Source of the DNA: an uncultured Planctomycetota bacterium
Lineage (GTDB): Bacteria; Planctomycetota; Planctomycetia; Isosphaerales; Isosphaeraceae
Direction: 5' to 3'
DNA: 64,000 bases
Assembly (NCBI GenBank): GCA_963845755.1
Contig: CAWJTV010000029.1
Location: 224,001-288,000, forward strand
Shown in pieces: positions 23,623 through 33,861 of this stretch. Below the pieces are notes generated by a model. The model was not told where the DNA came from. It worked only from the letters and a program-made list of their open reading frames with translations, and did not search any database. The position numbers were made by a program, and so were the translations under genes. The first letter of the stretch is position 1. Each line of letters begins with the position of its first letter.

Positions 23623-24970
23623 TCAGATGCTTTGCACGTCGGCCATGTACACATTATCGCAATGGCCGGCATCAGAGTTGTAGATGACCCAGCGGTCGTC
23701 GGGGCTGAAACTAGGGTGGCCGTGGCTGGCCTGGGTGTCGCCAGGAGCTCCCGTGCCAGGCGAGGCGGCGGATCTGGACGTGTCCGTTGATGTGCGTCAT
23801 CAGCCCGATGTACTGGTTGCCGTCCTTGTCACTGGCGGAAAGGTAGGCCCCGTCGCCGACCACCAGCGTATTGTCGGAATTCGACTGCACGTGTCCGGGC
23901 CGGGGTCCCGGGAAGCGGTACTGACGGACCCACGTGCCGTCGGGGAGGATGAAAGCGTTATACTCCTCGCGGCCGCCCTCGCGGTCCAGCGTGTACTGGA
24001 ATCCCACATCGCCCTGCCGCGTGAAGTACTCGTGCACGCACGATTCACCAGGCCTCTGGGGATACAGCGGCGCAGCCTTGCGCGCCTGCTGGTGGCGCAG
24101 GTCCACGATCCACATCCGCTGCTGCACGCAGGTGCTCCCACCCTCGTGACAGAAGAGGATCAGGTTCGGATCGGTGGGGTGGATCAGGACGTGGCTGATC
24201 CAGGTCGCCTCGCCCCAGGGGGCCACCGCGTCGCCCGTCTCGGTGTCGATCCGCATGACGACCGAGTGAGGATGCTGATAAAAGCGCTCGTGCATCGTGG
24301 AGTAGATGCGGCCGGTCTCCGTGCTCTGCGCGGTCTCCTCGATATAGGCGAAGGCCACGTAGCGGCCGTCGGCGGTGCAGGTGGGCAGGGCCGGCTTGAA
24401 CCCGGCCGGCACGCGGTACAGTTCGCGGTCCTTCAGCGTGTTCGTGTCAACCGCCCGGAGCACCCGGTCGTCGAAGTAGAAGAGCCGGCCGCCCCGCGCC
24501 AGGCATGCCATGTTGGGCTCGAGCTTTTGGCCGGCGGTCAGTTGCACCAGGCGCGCGGCAGGGATGTCCAGCAGGTGCCACTGGTACGTGCCGGTGCGGT
24601 TCGAGATGAAGACGGTGTTGTCGGCGTCGTTTCCGACGAAGGCCCAGGAGGTGAAGTACGGGTGGATGTTGCTCGATCCGTCGCCGGTGAGCCGGCGGAC
24701 GCGACCGCCCGTTTTCGGGTCCTTCGACTCCTTGATCTCGCCGCGGACGTCCTGGACCCTGCCCCGGCCACCGCTCGCCGCCGGCGCGGCGGCGCCGGTC
24801 GCTGGTTTCGGTTCCTGCTCAGGCTCGGCGGCCACCAGCGGGTTCGCCGCCGCCATCGAGACGGCCGCCGCGCCGCCGGCCGCGGCCAGACCCGTGAGGA
24901 AGTGTCAACGGTCAACACGGTTCCCTTGCGAGATAACACGGTCGGACTCTGACCTCTCTCGACTCGCCAT
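23623..24970 (-). CDS. Oligogalacturonate lyase (Ogl) family beta-propeller with Tat signal; in-frame TGA at 24905-24907 and frameshift near 23740
   Basis: DPKTG..VRRLT, HPYFT, LFCHEGG, QRMW, HEYF, C-terminal HP-FSPD in shifted frame; Tat motif reads DR*HFL. Confidence 0.75.
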
Positions 24971-25006
24971 GATCGTCCCCTTTCTGAGCGGCTTCACGAT
25001 CCCCGT

Positions 25007-26681
25007 TCACTCGCCCCGTTGCTTCAACCAGAGCAGCCACGGCCTCCAGTCGAGCGCCCCCAGGCTCAGCACCTTGCCTCCCTCGAGGCTGCCGCCGTAG
25101 GCGTCGAACACGGTGCCGAGGCTCAGGCCAATCCACTTCGCGTCGAACCGGCCGGGCGCGTCGGTGAGGTCGAGGTGAAACCCCCCGCGAAGCGATCTCC
25201 GCGATGGATCGCCGGGCGGCCTGCTGGACATGTAGATCAGGTAGCCTCGGCCGGGCTCGCCCAGGCACGAGACGACCTCGGGGTTGTCGACGACGTCGAG
25301 GGGTTTCATCCGCGGCAGGTCGGACGCCAGGTGTGTGCGGATGAACTCATAGACGGACAGGATGTGCTCGCAACCCAGCGGCATCTCGTACGTCGGCGGA
25401 TGCTCGCGCACGTAGTCGAGCCCGCGCAGCAGCATCGACCCTCCGGCCATCAGGAACGCCATCGTCTGCTCCTGATCCGCGCCGATGGTGAGCAGGAGGG
25501 CCTTGTTGGGGTAAAGACGCCGGTATTCTTTCACCTGCTGGTAGATTTGCGCGGGCGTCATCCGGCTCGCGCCGCCAACGTACCGCCCGGGCACGTCCTG
25601 ACCGCCCCGTGGCGCAACCAGGCCGCCGTCACGGGTCGAATGCCAGTAGCGTAGGTCGATCGTGTCGATCCGTGGCTTATGGCGGTCATCTTGAAGCACC
25701 GCGTCCACGACATCCCTGGTCGCACCCACCCCGATGTGCACTTTCCGGCCCGACTGCCGCTCCCATTCCAGGATCGTCTCGAGCCAGAACTGCAGGAACG
25801 CGAGCGGGCCGGTGTACTCCAGGCTCGTCAGGAACACGACATTGCGGTTGTCTCGCAGGTTGTCGAGGCAATGGGTGATGTACTGCCGGTGCAATTCACG
25901 CCGCAGACGATGCGTCGTGTCGTAGAACGCATGGGCCGCCGGCGTCGTGTCGGGCAGGTCCGTGGCCTGGATGCAGTTCACGGGGCGCCAGGGGAAGTCG
26001 CAGTAGTGGGCCTGCGTCTCCAGCAAGTTGTGCTGATTGTAGAAGTTGAAGACGAGGATGCACCCCTTGCGGTCGCACAGGTCGGCGAACTCCTTGATCC
26101 GGGCAAAATACCAGGGGTTGAATGTTGACAGGTCGTACAGGGGCAAGCCGTCCCACGCCTGACCTTGTTTGCTACGGCCCCAGGGCATCTCCAGGAACGG
26201 GCCGACGACGTTGCCGTCGCCGCGGCGCTGAACGTCGTGGGCGTCGCGCCGGCGGTCATACCACAACGGCGGAGTGTGCTCGAAGCCGGGGAAGCCATAC
26301 GTGCGGCATGCTGTCAGTCAGTTTGTCCAGATCCTCCGTCAGGTTGGGCCCGGACCGACCCGGTGCGTTCCGGATGAGACTGGGACGGAGCGGACAGTCC
26401 GTCCACCAGCCCGTGGGCAGGCCGCGATACCCTCCCCACCAGTCGTTATGCAGCCCATAGCCCCAGATGGCCCGCCCGTTCTGGAAGTACCAGCCGTTGG
26501 AGGTCGCCAGCGGAGCCGGCTCTCGAGGTCCCTGTTGCACCGAGGCAGCGTTCGGCGACGGACCGGCGGACACCGCGAGGCTTGCCCCACCCCCCAGTGC
26601 GGCCAGGCCCTCCAGGAAACGGCGGCGGCTCGTCCGATTCGCCTGCGAGTCGTCCGACGTCGACAGCGGTATCCGCCGCAT
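25007..26681 (-). CDS. Tat-exported DUF6298-like protein with C-terminal collagen-binding-like domain; frameshift near 26300
   Basis: SRRRFLEG; GPNLTEDLD, WYDRRRDAH, GQAWDGLPLYDL, AHYCDFPWR, EYTGPL, IDLRYW. Confidence 0.7.
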
Positions 26682-26984
26682 GTTCGCACCCGAACTTTCT
26701 CGTCGAGAGGACCACAATCCCCCACCCCTCTTCCTGACGTTTCAAACGCAGAGGCGGGCGGGGAGACGGAACGGTGTGCCGATCGTCAAGTTGCGACTCG
26801 AGTCCAGGAATCGTTCGTCCTCGTCTGCCGAGTTCGGGAACAGTTTACCACGACGGTGGACCCGCCATAAACACGCAAGCGAGGTACGCTTGGCGGGACT
26901 TGAGAGTTGCTCTATCAGTGATTTTATGAACACTGAATAAAAATCGGTGAGTTATACAACTCCCGTTCCGGTCCTGACCACGAC

Positions 26985-27413
26985 GTGCGGCTGGACAGGC
27001 TGGCACGGACGGCCAAGGGATTGACCAGCCTGTTCGAGGACCTGATCCGGCGGAAGGTGAATTTCATCAGCCTCAAGGACGGACTCGACCTGGTCACACC
27101 GGCGGGTCGGTTGATGGCGAACATCCTGGCCGGAGTTGCGGCCTACGAGACCGAGGTCCGGGCGAAAAGGATTCTCTCGGGCCAGGCCGCGGCGAGAGAG
27201 CGAGGTGTCCGCTGGGGCAGCTCGAACCGAGGCCGTCGAATCCGGGCCACAGTCGAACCGATCGCGGTCATGCGGCGCTTGAGGTCGGAGGGTGGAGAAA
27301 TCGCCGCGATCGCGAGGGCCACTCGGCTATCCCGCCCGACGATCTATCGGATTCTCGCCGAGGCTGTAACACCTCATCTGGATTCAGCGATGGAGGATCG
27401 GTCGGCAGGTTAG
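26985..27413 (+). pseudogene. Serine recombinase/resolvase lacking the N-terminal catalytic region
   Basis: RLDRLAR, TPAGRLM, C-terminal HTH (IARATRLSRPTIYRIL); no YARVS motif upstream. Confidence 0.8.
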
Positions 27414-27624
27414 CTTGCGGAACGGGTCCCGTGTAAGCTCTAGATTAGAAATCAGATGTTACAGAGGTGCGGGGTCCCGTGTCGGGGAAGTGGGGGAGCA
27501 AAACCGTGGAATGTCCGCCCAACGGGTCCGACCGAATTTGGAATCGCAGTTGCCAGGACTCTCGCCATGCCCTTACGACCCCGGAAGCGAAAAACGACGA
27601 TTTCCCTCAAGGGGGAGGTTTCCT

Positions 27625-27963
27625 ATGGACGGTAACATGGTCGGCCTGGTCGGCGGAATCGCCGGGGGAGTGGCCGGCGTCGTGGGAGGTATCGTCGGCA
27701 CGTACTTCAGCATCAAGAACACGAAGGGCCCCAGGGAGCGGGCCTTCGTGATCCGGGCCGCAGTCCTCTGTTGGCTTGGAGTCTCAGCCTTCCTGGATTG
27801 CCTCTTCGTGGTGCGCCTGTACTCCTGGGGTTCGCTGCTCTGGGTCGTCTATCTGCCGCTGCTGTTCTGGTTCATCAGATGGGCGAATGAGGGACAGGCC
27901 GGTGCCAGGGTCGAGGACATGACCCAGGCCGATCTGCCAGGCCGCCAAGCAGGTGGTGCGTAA
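27625..27963 (+). CDS. Small 3-TM membrane protein
   Basis: GGAGG RBS; GGIVGTYFSIKNTKGPRERAF followed by two more hydrophobic helices. Confidence 0.7.
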   Translation: MDGNMVGLVGGIAGGVAGVVGGIVGTYFSIKNTKGPRERAFVIRAAVLCWLGVSAFLDCLFVVRLYSWGSLLWVVYLPLLFWFIRWANEGQAGARVEDMTQADLPGRQAGGA

Positions 27964-28026
27964 CCCTTCAGCTCTGATTCACGTGTTACGCCAAATGCCC
28001 GAAATGAGCATTCCGCCAGAAGGCGG

Positions 28027-28049
28027 GTCCGCTGCAGCCGGTTGTCAGA
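28027..28049 (-). other. Degenerate attC-like left half downstream of VOC gene
   Basis: Minus strand TCTGACAACCGGCTGCAGCGGAC, resembling typical attC 5' ends (..TAACAA.CGGCTGCAGCGGAC). Confidence 0.45.
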
Positions 28050-28060
28050 AGGCCGTTGGT

Positions 28061-28456
28061 TCACGCGCGATTGAGCTGCCACGAGACACCGAAGCGATCA
28101 TTGACCCAGGCGAACTTCGTGCTGAACCCATAGCTCCCCGGCGGCATGAGGACCGAACCACCGTCCGAGAGTCGAGCGAACGCCTGATCCAGTTCGGACT
28201 CGCTCTCGCACTCCACGAATAAGGACATGGACGGGGTAAAGGTGAAGGCGTGCCTGATGGGGCTGTCGATGCAGATCACCGGTTGTCCGGCGAGTGTGCA
28301 GTCAGCCCGCTTGACGCTACCCTCCGAGCCCATTTCGCCTGGGCCATACCGCTCGATTCGCACGACCTGCGAACCCGGGAACAAGGTCACGTAGAAGTTC
28401 ATGGCCGCTTCGGCGGTCCCCTCGAACATCAGGAACGGAGTGACCGAATGTGCCAC
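28061..28456 (-). CDS. VOC/PhnB family protein (3-demethylubiquinone-9 3-methyltransferase-like)
   Basis: VTPFLMF, AEAAMNFY, FTFTPSMS, WVNDRFGVSWQL. Confidence 0.9.
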   Translation of the reverse strand: MAHSVTPFLMFEGTAEAAMNFYVTLFPGSQVVRIERYGPGEMGSEGSVKRADCTLAGQPVICIDSPIRHAFTFTPSMSLFVECESESELDQAFARLSDGGSVLMPPGSYGFSTKFAWVNDRFGVSWQLNRA

Positions 28457-28501
28457 CGTCTCATCCCTCCTCGACTGAGTCGCAAGACCATCGCCTGTGC
28501 C

Positions 28502-28521
28502 GCCTAACGCCCGGCTCAGCG
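28502..28521 (-). other. attC-like right end (L' box + GTTRRRY core) upstream of VOC gene
   Basis: Minus strand CGCTGAGCCGGGCGTTAGGC, 45 bp before the GTG start. Confidence 0.55.
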
Positions 28522-29008
28522 ACCCGTGTCGTTATTCGACTGGAAAGCATGGTTACTCGTCCAGGCATTAGGCTGACAATTTCGACGGAGGTTCTGATTC
28601 GACGTACAAAATCTCTTTGATCCGTCTGGCATACTCACCCATTACACATCGAACACTTGCAAGTTTCCCCCTCCGGCGGTTGTCAGACGTTCATAATTCG
28701 GGCGATCGCCATTCCCAAAGATACCACGCCGCACGCCTGGTCGCACTACCCTTGAGCCCGCACGAGCCGGTCGCGACGCTGAGGGGAGAAGCGGTCTTTC
28801 GGGAAGACCGCCCCTCTTCGCACCGGTGACGGCTGTCTCTTCGGTCGTCCCATGGCGAGGGAGAGTGGGTTCCTACCGATCAAGCCCGGCGTCATTCTCA
28901 TTACCGGAAAGCTGCACCCTGCGGCAACGCTCCTGCTCAGGGCGATTTTTGGGACGAGTTAGCTCGCTTACCTTTTACATTGCACACGCCCTGAGGCACT
29001 GCGAATTC

Positions 29009-29098
29009 ACCCCCCGAACCCCCCTTCGCAAGGGGGGACAGGAAACGGGCATTTCCCGATCAATATCCCACCCTTGCGAAGGGGGGGTTCGGGGGGGT
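29009..29098. repeat. Long imperfect palindrome (REP/MITE-like)
   Basis: ACCCCCCGAACCCCCCTTCGCAAGGG ... CCCTTGCGAAGGGGGGGTTCGGGGGGGT. Confidence 0.75.
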
Positions 29099-29170
29099 TC
29101 TTCGGGAGCAGGCTTCACGTGTGGGCCACACAACCGTGAGGCACTCGAGAGCTTCACGCTTGAATGGAGA

Positions 29171-29194
29171 TCGCCGGACGGAGCCGGCTCCTAC
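29171..29194 (-). repeat. GTAG-type REP-like sequence
   Basis: Minus strand GTAGGAGCCGGCTCCGTCCGGCGA: GTAG tetranucleotide followed by a GC-rich palindrome. Confidence 0.5.
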
Positions 29195-29501
29195 AAAACG
29201 ACGTTGGTCCGGCCGAAAGTCCGGGTGAAGGAAAGGACTCTGTCCCCCCGACCGTCAGCCACCCAAGCGTTAATCGCTCCTGGGAGGAGTTGCGTTCTGT
29301 CGCAGGTTCTTGCGCATCCGGACCGCGTTGACAACCGCCGGGGTTCCGGATAAAGTCCGGCCGCACGTCGCGACTGTGTCACGGCGGAACAGGGCTCCCC
29401 GCTCTCGGGCCGGGGGCTCATGGACGATGAGGAAACCGGGCGATCCCAAGGACGGAGACGCATTCCGGCAGGTGTTCCGTTCTGACGGGCGAGGGTGAAT
29501 C

Positions 29502-30659
29502 ATGGACGATGTCCCCGCCGGTCCGGCGAGCTTGGGGCCGCGGAGGCCGTCGCTCTCGGTGGTGGTTCCCGTGCGCAACGGGGGCCGCAACTTCGGGCGC
29601 TGCCTCCGGCGGCTCCGTGACTCCCTCCTGGCCGATTTCGAGCTGATCGTCGTCAACGACGGTTCGACCGACGATTCGGCCTCTCTCGCCCGGCAGGCGG
29701 GGGCGATCGTCGTTCGCAACCCGACCCCGCAGGGTCCCGCCGCCGCGCGGAACCTCGGCGCCAAGACCGCCTCAGCCCCCCTGATCTTCTTCCTGGACGC
29801 GGACGTTGCCGTCCACCCCGAAACCCTCGGTCGCGCGCTGGCGCGGTTCGATGCGGACCCGGGGCTCTCGGCGCTCTTCGGCTCCTACGACGATGCACCG
29901 GCCGCGCCGGGCCTGGTCAGCCAGTACCGAAACCTGCTCCATCATTTCGTCCATCAGAATGGACCATTCCTCGACAACATCCGGCCGGCCCATACCTTCT
30001 GGACCGGATGCGGGGTCATCCGACGGGAACACTTCCTCGAGTTCGGCGGGTTCGACCCGAGGCTCTATCCTCGTCCGGCGATCGAGGACATCGAATTCGG
30101 ATATCGACTGACCCGCGCGGGCCACCGCATCGTCCTGGCTCGCGACGTGCTGGCGACCCACCTGAAACGGTGGACGCTCCGCGAGATGGTCCGCACCGAC
30201 ATCTTTCAGCGGGGCGTACCGTGGATGCTCCTGATCCGGCGAACCGGGATCGTCGAGACCGACCTGAACGTCAAGGCCCAACAGAAGGCGTGCGTCGCCT
30301 TGACCGGATCGACGCTGATGGCCGCCGCAGGCAGCATCGTAGTCCCCTGGCTCGCCGGCCTGGTGGTGATGGGACTGGTCGCGATCGTCGCCTTGAACCG
30401 TGCGTTCTTCGCGTTCCTCGCCCGACGCCGCGGGACTGCATTTGCCTGCGCCGCGCTGCCGCTGCATCTGGTGTATTACTGCTGCTGCGGGCTTTCGGTC
30501 GTGATCGCAACGGTCTACTGGCAGTGGAACCGGCCGCGGATGGTCCCGGTGCGATCGCAGCCTCCGGAACGCGTCGATCGAGGGACTGTTCCGGCACCCC
30601 ATCTGGCCGCCGACCGGCAGGCCGCCGGTTCCCGGCGCAGCGGGCCGAAGTCGCCGTGA
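29502..30659 (+). CDS. Family 2 glycosyltransferase with C-terminal TM helices
   Basis: SVVVPVRN, VNDGSTD, GPAAARNLG, FLDAD, IEDIEFG. Confidence 0.9.
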   Translation: MDDVPAGPASLGPRRPSLSVVVPVRNGGRNFGRCLRRLRDSLLADFELIVVNDGSTDDSASLARQAGAIVVRNPTPQGPAAARNLGAKTASAPLIFFLDADVAVHPETLGRALARFDADPGLSALFGSYDDAPAAPGLVSQYRNLLHHFVHQNGPFLDNIRPAHTFWTGCGVIRREHFLEFGGFDPRLYPRPAIEDIEFGYRLTRAGHRIVLARDVLATHLKRWTLREMVRTDIFQRGVPWMLLIRRTGIVETDLNVKAQQKACVALTGSTLMAAAGSIVVPWLAGLVVMGLVAIVALNRAFFAFLARRRGTAFACAALPLHLVYYCCCGLSVVIATVYWQWNRPRMVPVRSQPPERVDRGTVPAPHLAADRQAAGSRRSGPKSP

Positions 30660-30678
30660 TCGCGCCTGGGAACTTCCG

Positions 30679-30820
30679 AACGCGGCCTTCGGCCGCAACC
30701 CAATCGGGATTCGAGATTCGAGATTCATAATTCCAGATGGGGAATGGTTCGGGAATCTTGGATTCGGAATCTTGAATCTTGAATTGCCGGTATGCGCAGG
30801 GCGCGAAGATCCTATGGAGA
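30679..30820 (+). repeat. Heptamer-built palindromic element, copy 2 (diverged)
   Basis: Same AACGCGGCCTTCGGCCGCAACCCAATCGGGATTC leader, GGGGAATG core and GATCCT..GGAG tail. Confidence 0.85.
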
Positions 30821-30858
30821 TCCACTCTGACCGTCCGCCAACTGACGTGAGCCCGACC

Positions 30859-32053
30859 ATGCGAATCGGAATTGACGGAAGCTGCCTGTCCAATCGCCGG
30901 GGATTCGGCCGGTTCGCGCGCGGCTACTCGAGGCACTCGCGCGTCGGGCGACTCATCATGAATTCCAGGTGTTCGTCGATCGCCCTTCCTCGGACTCCGT
31001 CGAAATCCCCGAGCGATTCGAACGGGTCGTGGTGGACGTCGGCGAGGCCCCGAGCCGGGCGGCGTCGGCCCAGGGACGTCAACGGTTCCGCGACATGATG
31101 AGCATGGGACGGGCTGTGGCGCGATCCGGCCTCGACCTGATCTACTTCCCCGCCACCTACAGTTTCTTCCCAGTCTGGAATGCGGGCAAGTTGGTCGTGA
31201 CCATGCACGACACCCTGCCGCTGTCGCATCCCGAGCTGATCTTCCCCCGGCTGAGCGGCCGGATCGCCTGGCGGCTCAAGGAGTCCGTCGCGGCGCACTG
31301 GGCCGACCGGATCGTGACGGTCTCCCAGTCCTCGCGCCGGTCCATCGAGGACTGGCTGGGGCGGGCCGACCCGCGGATCCGCGTCATCACCGAAGGCCCG
31401 GACCCCATCTTCGGCCCTCGTGCCGATGACGGCGTGACGGAGGCGACCCTTCGCCGGCATGGCCTTCACTCGGGCGAGCGATTCCTGCTCTACGTCGGGG
31501 GGCTGAGCCCGCACAAGAACTTGCTCCGCCTCGTCGCGGCCTTCGCGCGATCGGCCGAGGCCGATGTCCGCCTCGTCCTCACGGGTGATGTGAACGACGT
31601 CTTTCACACCCACGTCCCCGAGATCCGCGCGGCGATCGAACGCGATCAACTCGGCCAGCGCGTGCTGCTGACGGGGTTCGTCCCGGACGACGACCTCGTC
31701 CATCTCTACAACCGCGCTTACGCCCTGGTCCAGCCTTCGTTGCTGGAGGGATTCGGCCTTCCGGCCATCGAAGCGATGGCCTGCGGCACCCCCGTGATCG
31801 CGAGTCGAGCCGGATCGTTGCCGGAAGTGATCGGCGCGGCGGGTTGCTTTTTCGATCCGACCGATATCGACTCCATCGCCCAGGCCATCCGCGGCCTGCT
31901 GGCCGAGCCCGGCCGTCGCGATGAGCTGGCTCGATGCGCGCTCGAGCGATCCACGCACTTCACCTGGGATGCCGCCGCGCCGCCCTGCTCGACTGTTTCG
32001 CTGAGCTGGAGCCAGGACCTCACCGCGAGTCCCACCTCAACCGAACCGCTTGA
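30859..32053 (+). CDS. Family 4 (GT-B) glycosyltransferase; frameshifts near 30925 and 31980
   Basis: MRIGIDG..RGFGRF, TMHD, YVGGLSPHKN, EGFGLPAIEAMACGTPV, FTWD; the track ORF artefactually fuses it to the next gene. Confidence 0.88.
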
Positions 32054-32156
32054 GTTGGCGCCGAGTGTTGTCCCGCAAGGTCGCGAGAGATATCCTCATG
32101 AGGGTTACCCGGATGACCCTCGTCGATCGACTCCACCTTCACGGGATGCTGCTACC

Positions 32157-33209
32157 ATGAAACCGCACCTCAACCTTCGAGCGAGGCTTGTCGCCGCGGC
32201 GCTGGCCGCGTTTTGCGTCGGGACCGGCTTCGGGATCGTTCCACGGGCGCAGGCCCAGGAGAAGTCGAGGCGGCCGACCCTGGGCAAGATCGAGCGTCTG
32301 GATCCCCGACTCGACCGGCTGGTACCTCGCGACGCGCGGGTCGAGAGGATTGCCGAGGGCTTCGACTGGTCCGAGGGGCCGGTCTGGGATTGGCGAAACA
32401 AACGTCTTCTGTTCTCGGATGTCCCACGCAACACGGTCTTCCAGTGGCAGGACGGCAAGGGAGTGAGCGTCTTCCTCAAGCCGAGCGGTGCGACCGGATC
32501 GTCTTCGCAGGACGGCGAGCAGGGCTCAAACGGGCTGCTGATGGACCGTCAGGGCCGTTTGGTCCTCTGTCAGCACGGCGATCGTCGCGTGGCGCGTTGG
32601 GAGTCGGGCCAGAAGTTCACGACCCTGGCCGACAAGTACATGGGTAAGCGGCTCAACAGCCCGAATGACGCCGTGTTCAAGTGGAACGGTGATCTCTACT
32701 TCACCGATCCGCCTTATGGCTTGAAGGGCTTGAACGCGTCTCCGGCCAAGGAGCTCGCGTTCAGCGGAGTCTATCGGCTCTCCGCCGCGGACGGCACACT
32801 GACGTTGCTGACCAAGGAGCTGACCTTCCCCAACGGGATTGCCTTCTCGCCCGACGAGAAGACGCTCTACGTGGCCAATTCCGACCTCAGCAGGGCGATC
32901 TGGATGGCCTTCCCGGTCAAGGACGATGGAACCCTCGGTCGAGGCAAGGTCTTCGCCGACGTGACCAGGTCGGTGCCGTCCAAGAGAGGCGTGCCGGATG
33001 GCATGAAAGTGGACGCCTCGGGAAACCTGTTCGCGACCGGCCCGGGTGGCATCCTGGTCTTCGCGCCCGACGGGACCCATCTCGGCACCTTCGCCACCGG
33101 CCAGGCGACGGCCAACTGCGCCTGGGGCGAGGATGGCTCGGTCCTGTATATCACGGCCGACATGTATCTCGGTCGCGTGCAGTTGACCACCAAGGGGATC
33201 GGATTCTGA
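32157..33209 (+). CDS. Secreted SMP-30/gluconolactonase family protein
   Basis: Signal peptide; WSEGPVW, GSNGL, LNSPND, FTDPPYG, PNGIAFSPD, PDGMKVD. Confidence 0.92.
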   Translation: MKPHLNLRARLVAAALAAFCVGTGFGIVPRAQAQEKSRRPTLGKIERLDPRLDRLVPRDARVERIAEGFDWSEGPVWDWRNKRLLFSDVPRNTVFQWQDGKGVSVFLKPSGATGSSSQDGEQGSNGLLMDRQGRLVLCQHGDRRVARWESGQKFTTLADKYMGKRLNSPNDAVFKWNGDLYFTDPPYGLKGLNASPAKELAFSGVYRLSAADGTLTLLTKELTFPNGIAFSPDEKTLYVANSDLSRAIWMAFPVKDDGTLGRGKVFADVTRSVPSKRGVPDGMKVDASGNLFATGPGGILVFAPDGTHLGTFATGQATANCAWGEDGSVLYITADMYLGRVQLTTKGIGF

Positions 33210-33279
33210 CTCTGTCGCCCCAGCTCGGTGCCCCGCTGGCGGCTGGATGACTCGAACAACTCGATCTGATGAGAGAATC

Positions 33280-33861
33280 ATGCCGGCGAACATCCCCCTG
33301 ATCCTCCACGCGGTCCTCGAAGATTACGCCCTTCCCCGGGGCGGCGATCACGGCGTCGCCCACTGGGCGAGGGTGCTGGAGAACGGGCTTCGCATGGCCG
33401 AGGAGACCGGGGCCGACGTCGAGGTCGTCCGGTTGTTCGCCGTATTGCACGATTCCCGGCGGCTCAATGAGGGTACGGACCCCGACCACGGACCCCGTGC
33501 CGCCGAGTTCGCCCGTGAGCTCCTCGGGCGGCTGTTCGACCTGCCCAAGCGCGAGTTCCGCCTGCTCCATCGAGCCTGTGCCGGGCATACGCACGAGCGG
33601 ACGCATCCCGACGTCACGATCCAGACCTGCTGGGACGCCGACCGCCTGGACCTCGGTCGGGTCGGGATCACTCCGGACCCGAGCTACCTCTGCACCGAGG
33701 CGGCGAGGCGGGCTGCGATGATCGAGTGGGCTGACGGCCGGGCGACCTTCGGAGTCGTCCCGGCGTTCGTGCGGGAGGAGTGGGGAATCGACCTGGAGGA
33801 CGACCCTCGTCGGAGGTTACGCGTCGCTCGCGGCGACTTTCGAGCCATCCGCGACCGGTGA
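33280..33861 (+). CDS. HD-domain phosphohydrolase
   Basis: HGVAHWARV, LHD, HG, CWDADRLDL. Confidence 0.85.
   Translation: MPANIPLILHAVLEDYALPRGGDHGVAHWARVLENGLRMAEETGADVEVVRLFAVLHDSRRLNEGTDPDHGPRAAEFARELLGRLFDLPKREFRLLHRACAGHTHERTHPDVTIQTCWDADRLDLGRVGITPDPSYLCTEAARRAAMIEWADGRATFGVVPAFVREEWGIDLEDDPRRRLRVARGDFRAIRDR

Noticed and set aside
30969..33209. 746-aa glycosyltransferase-gluconolactonase fusion in the ORF track
   Set aside because: A frameshift near 31980 bypasses the GT stop at 32053; the lactonase has its own start and signal peptide.
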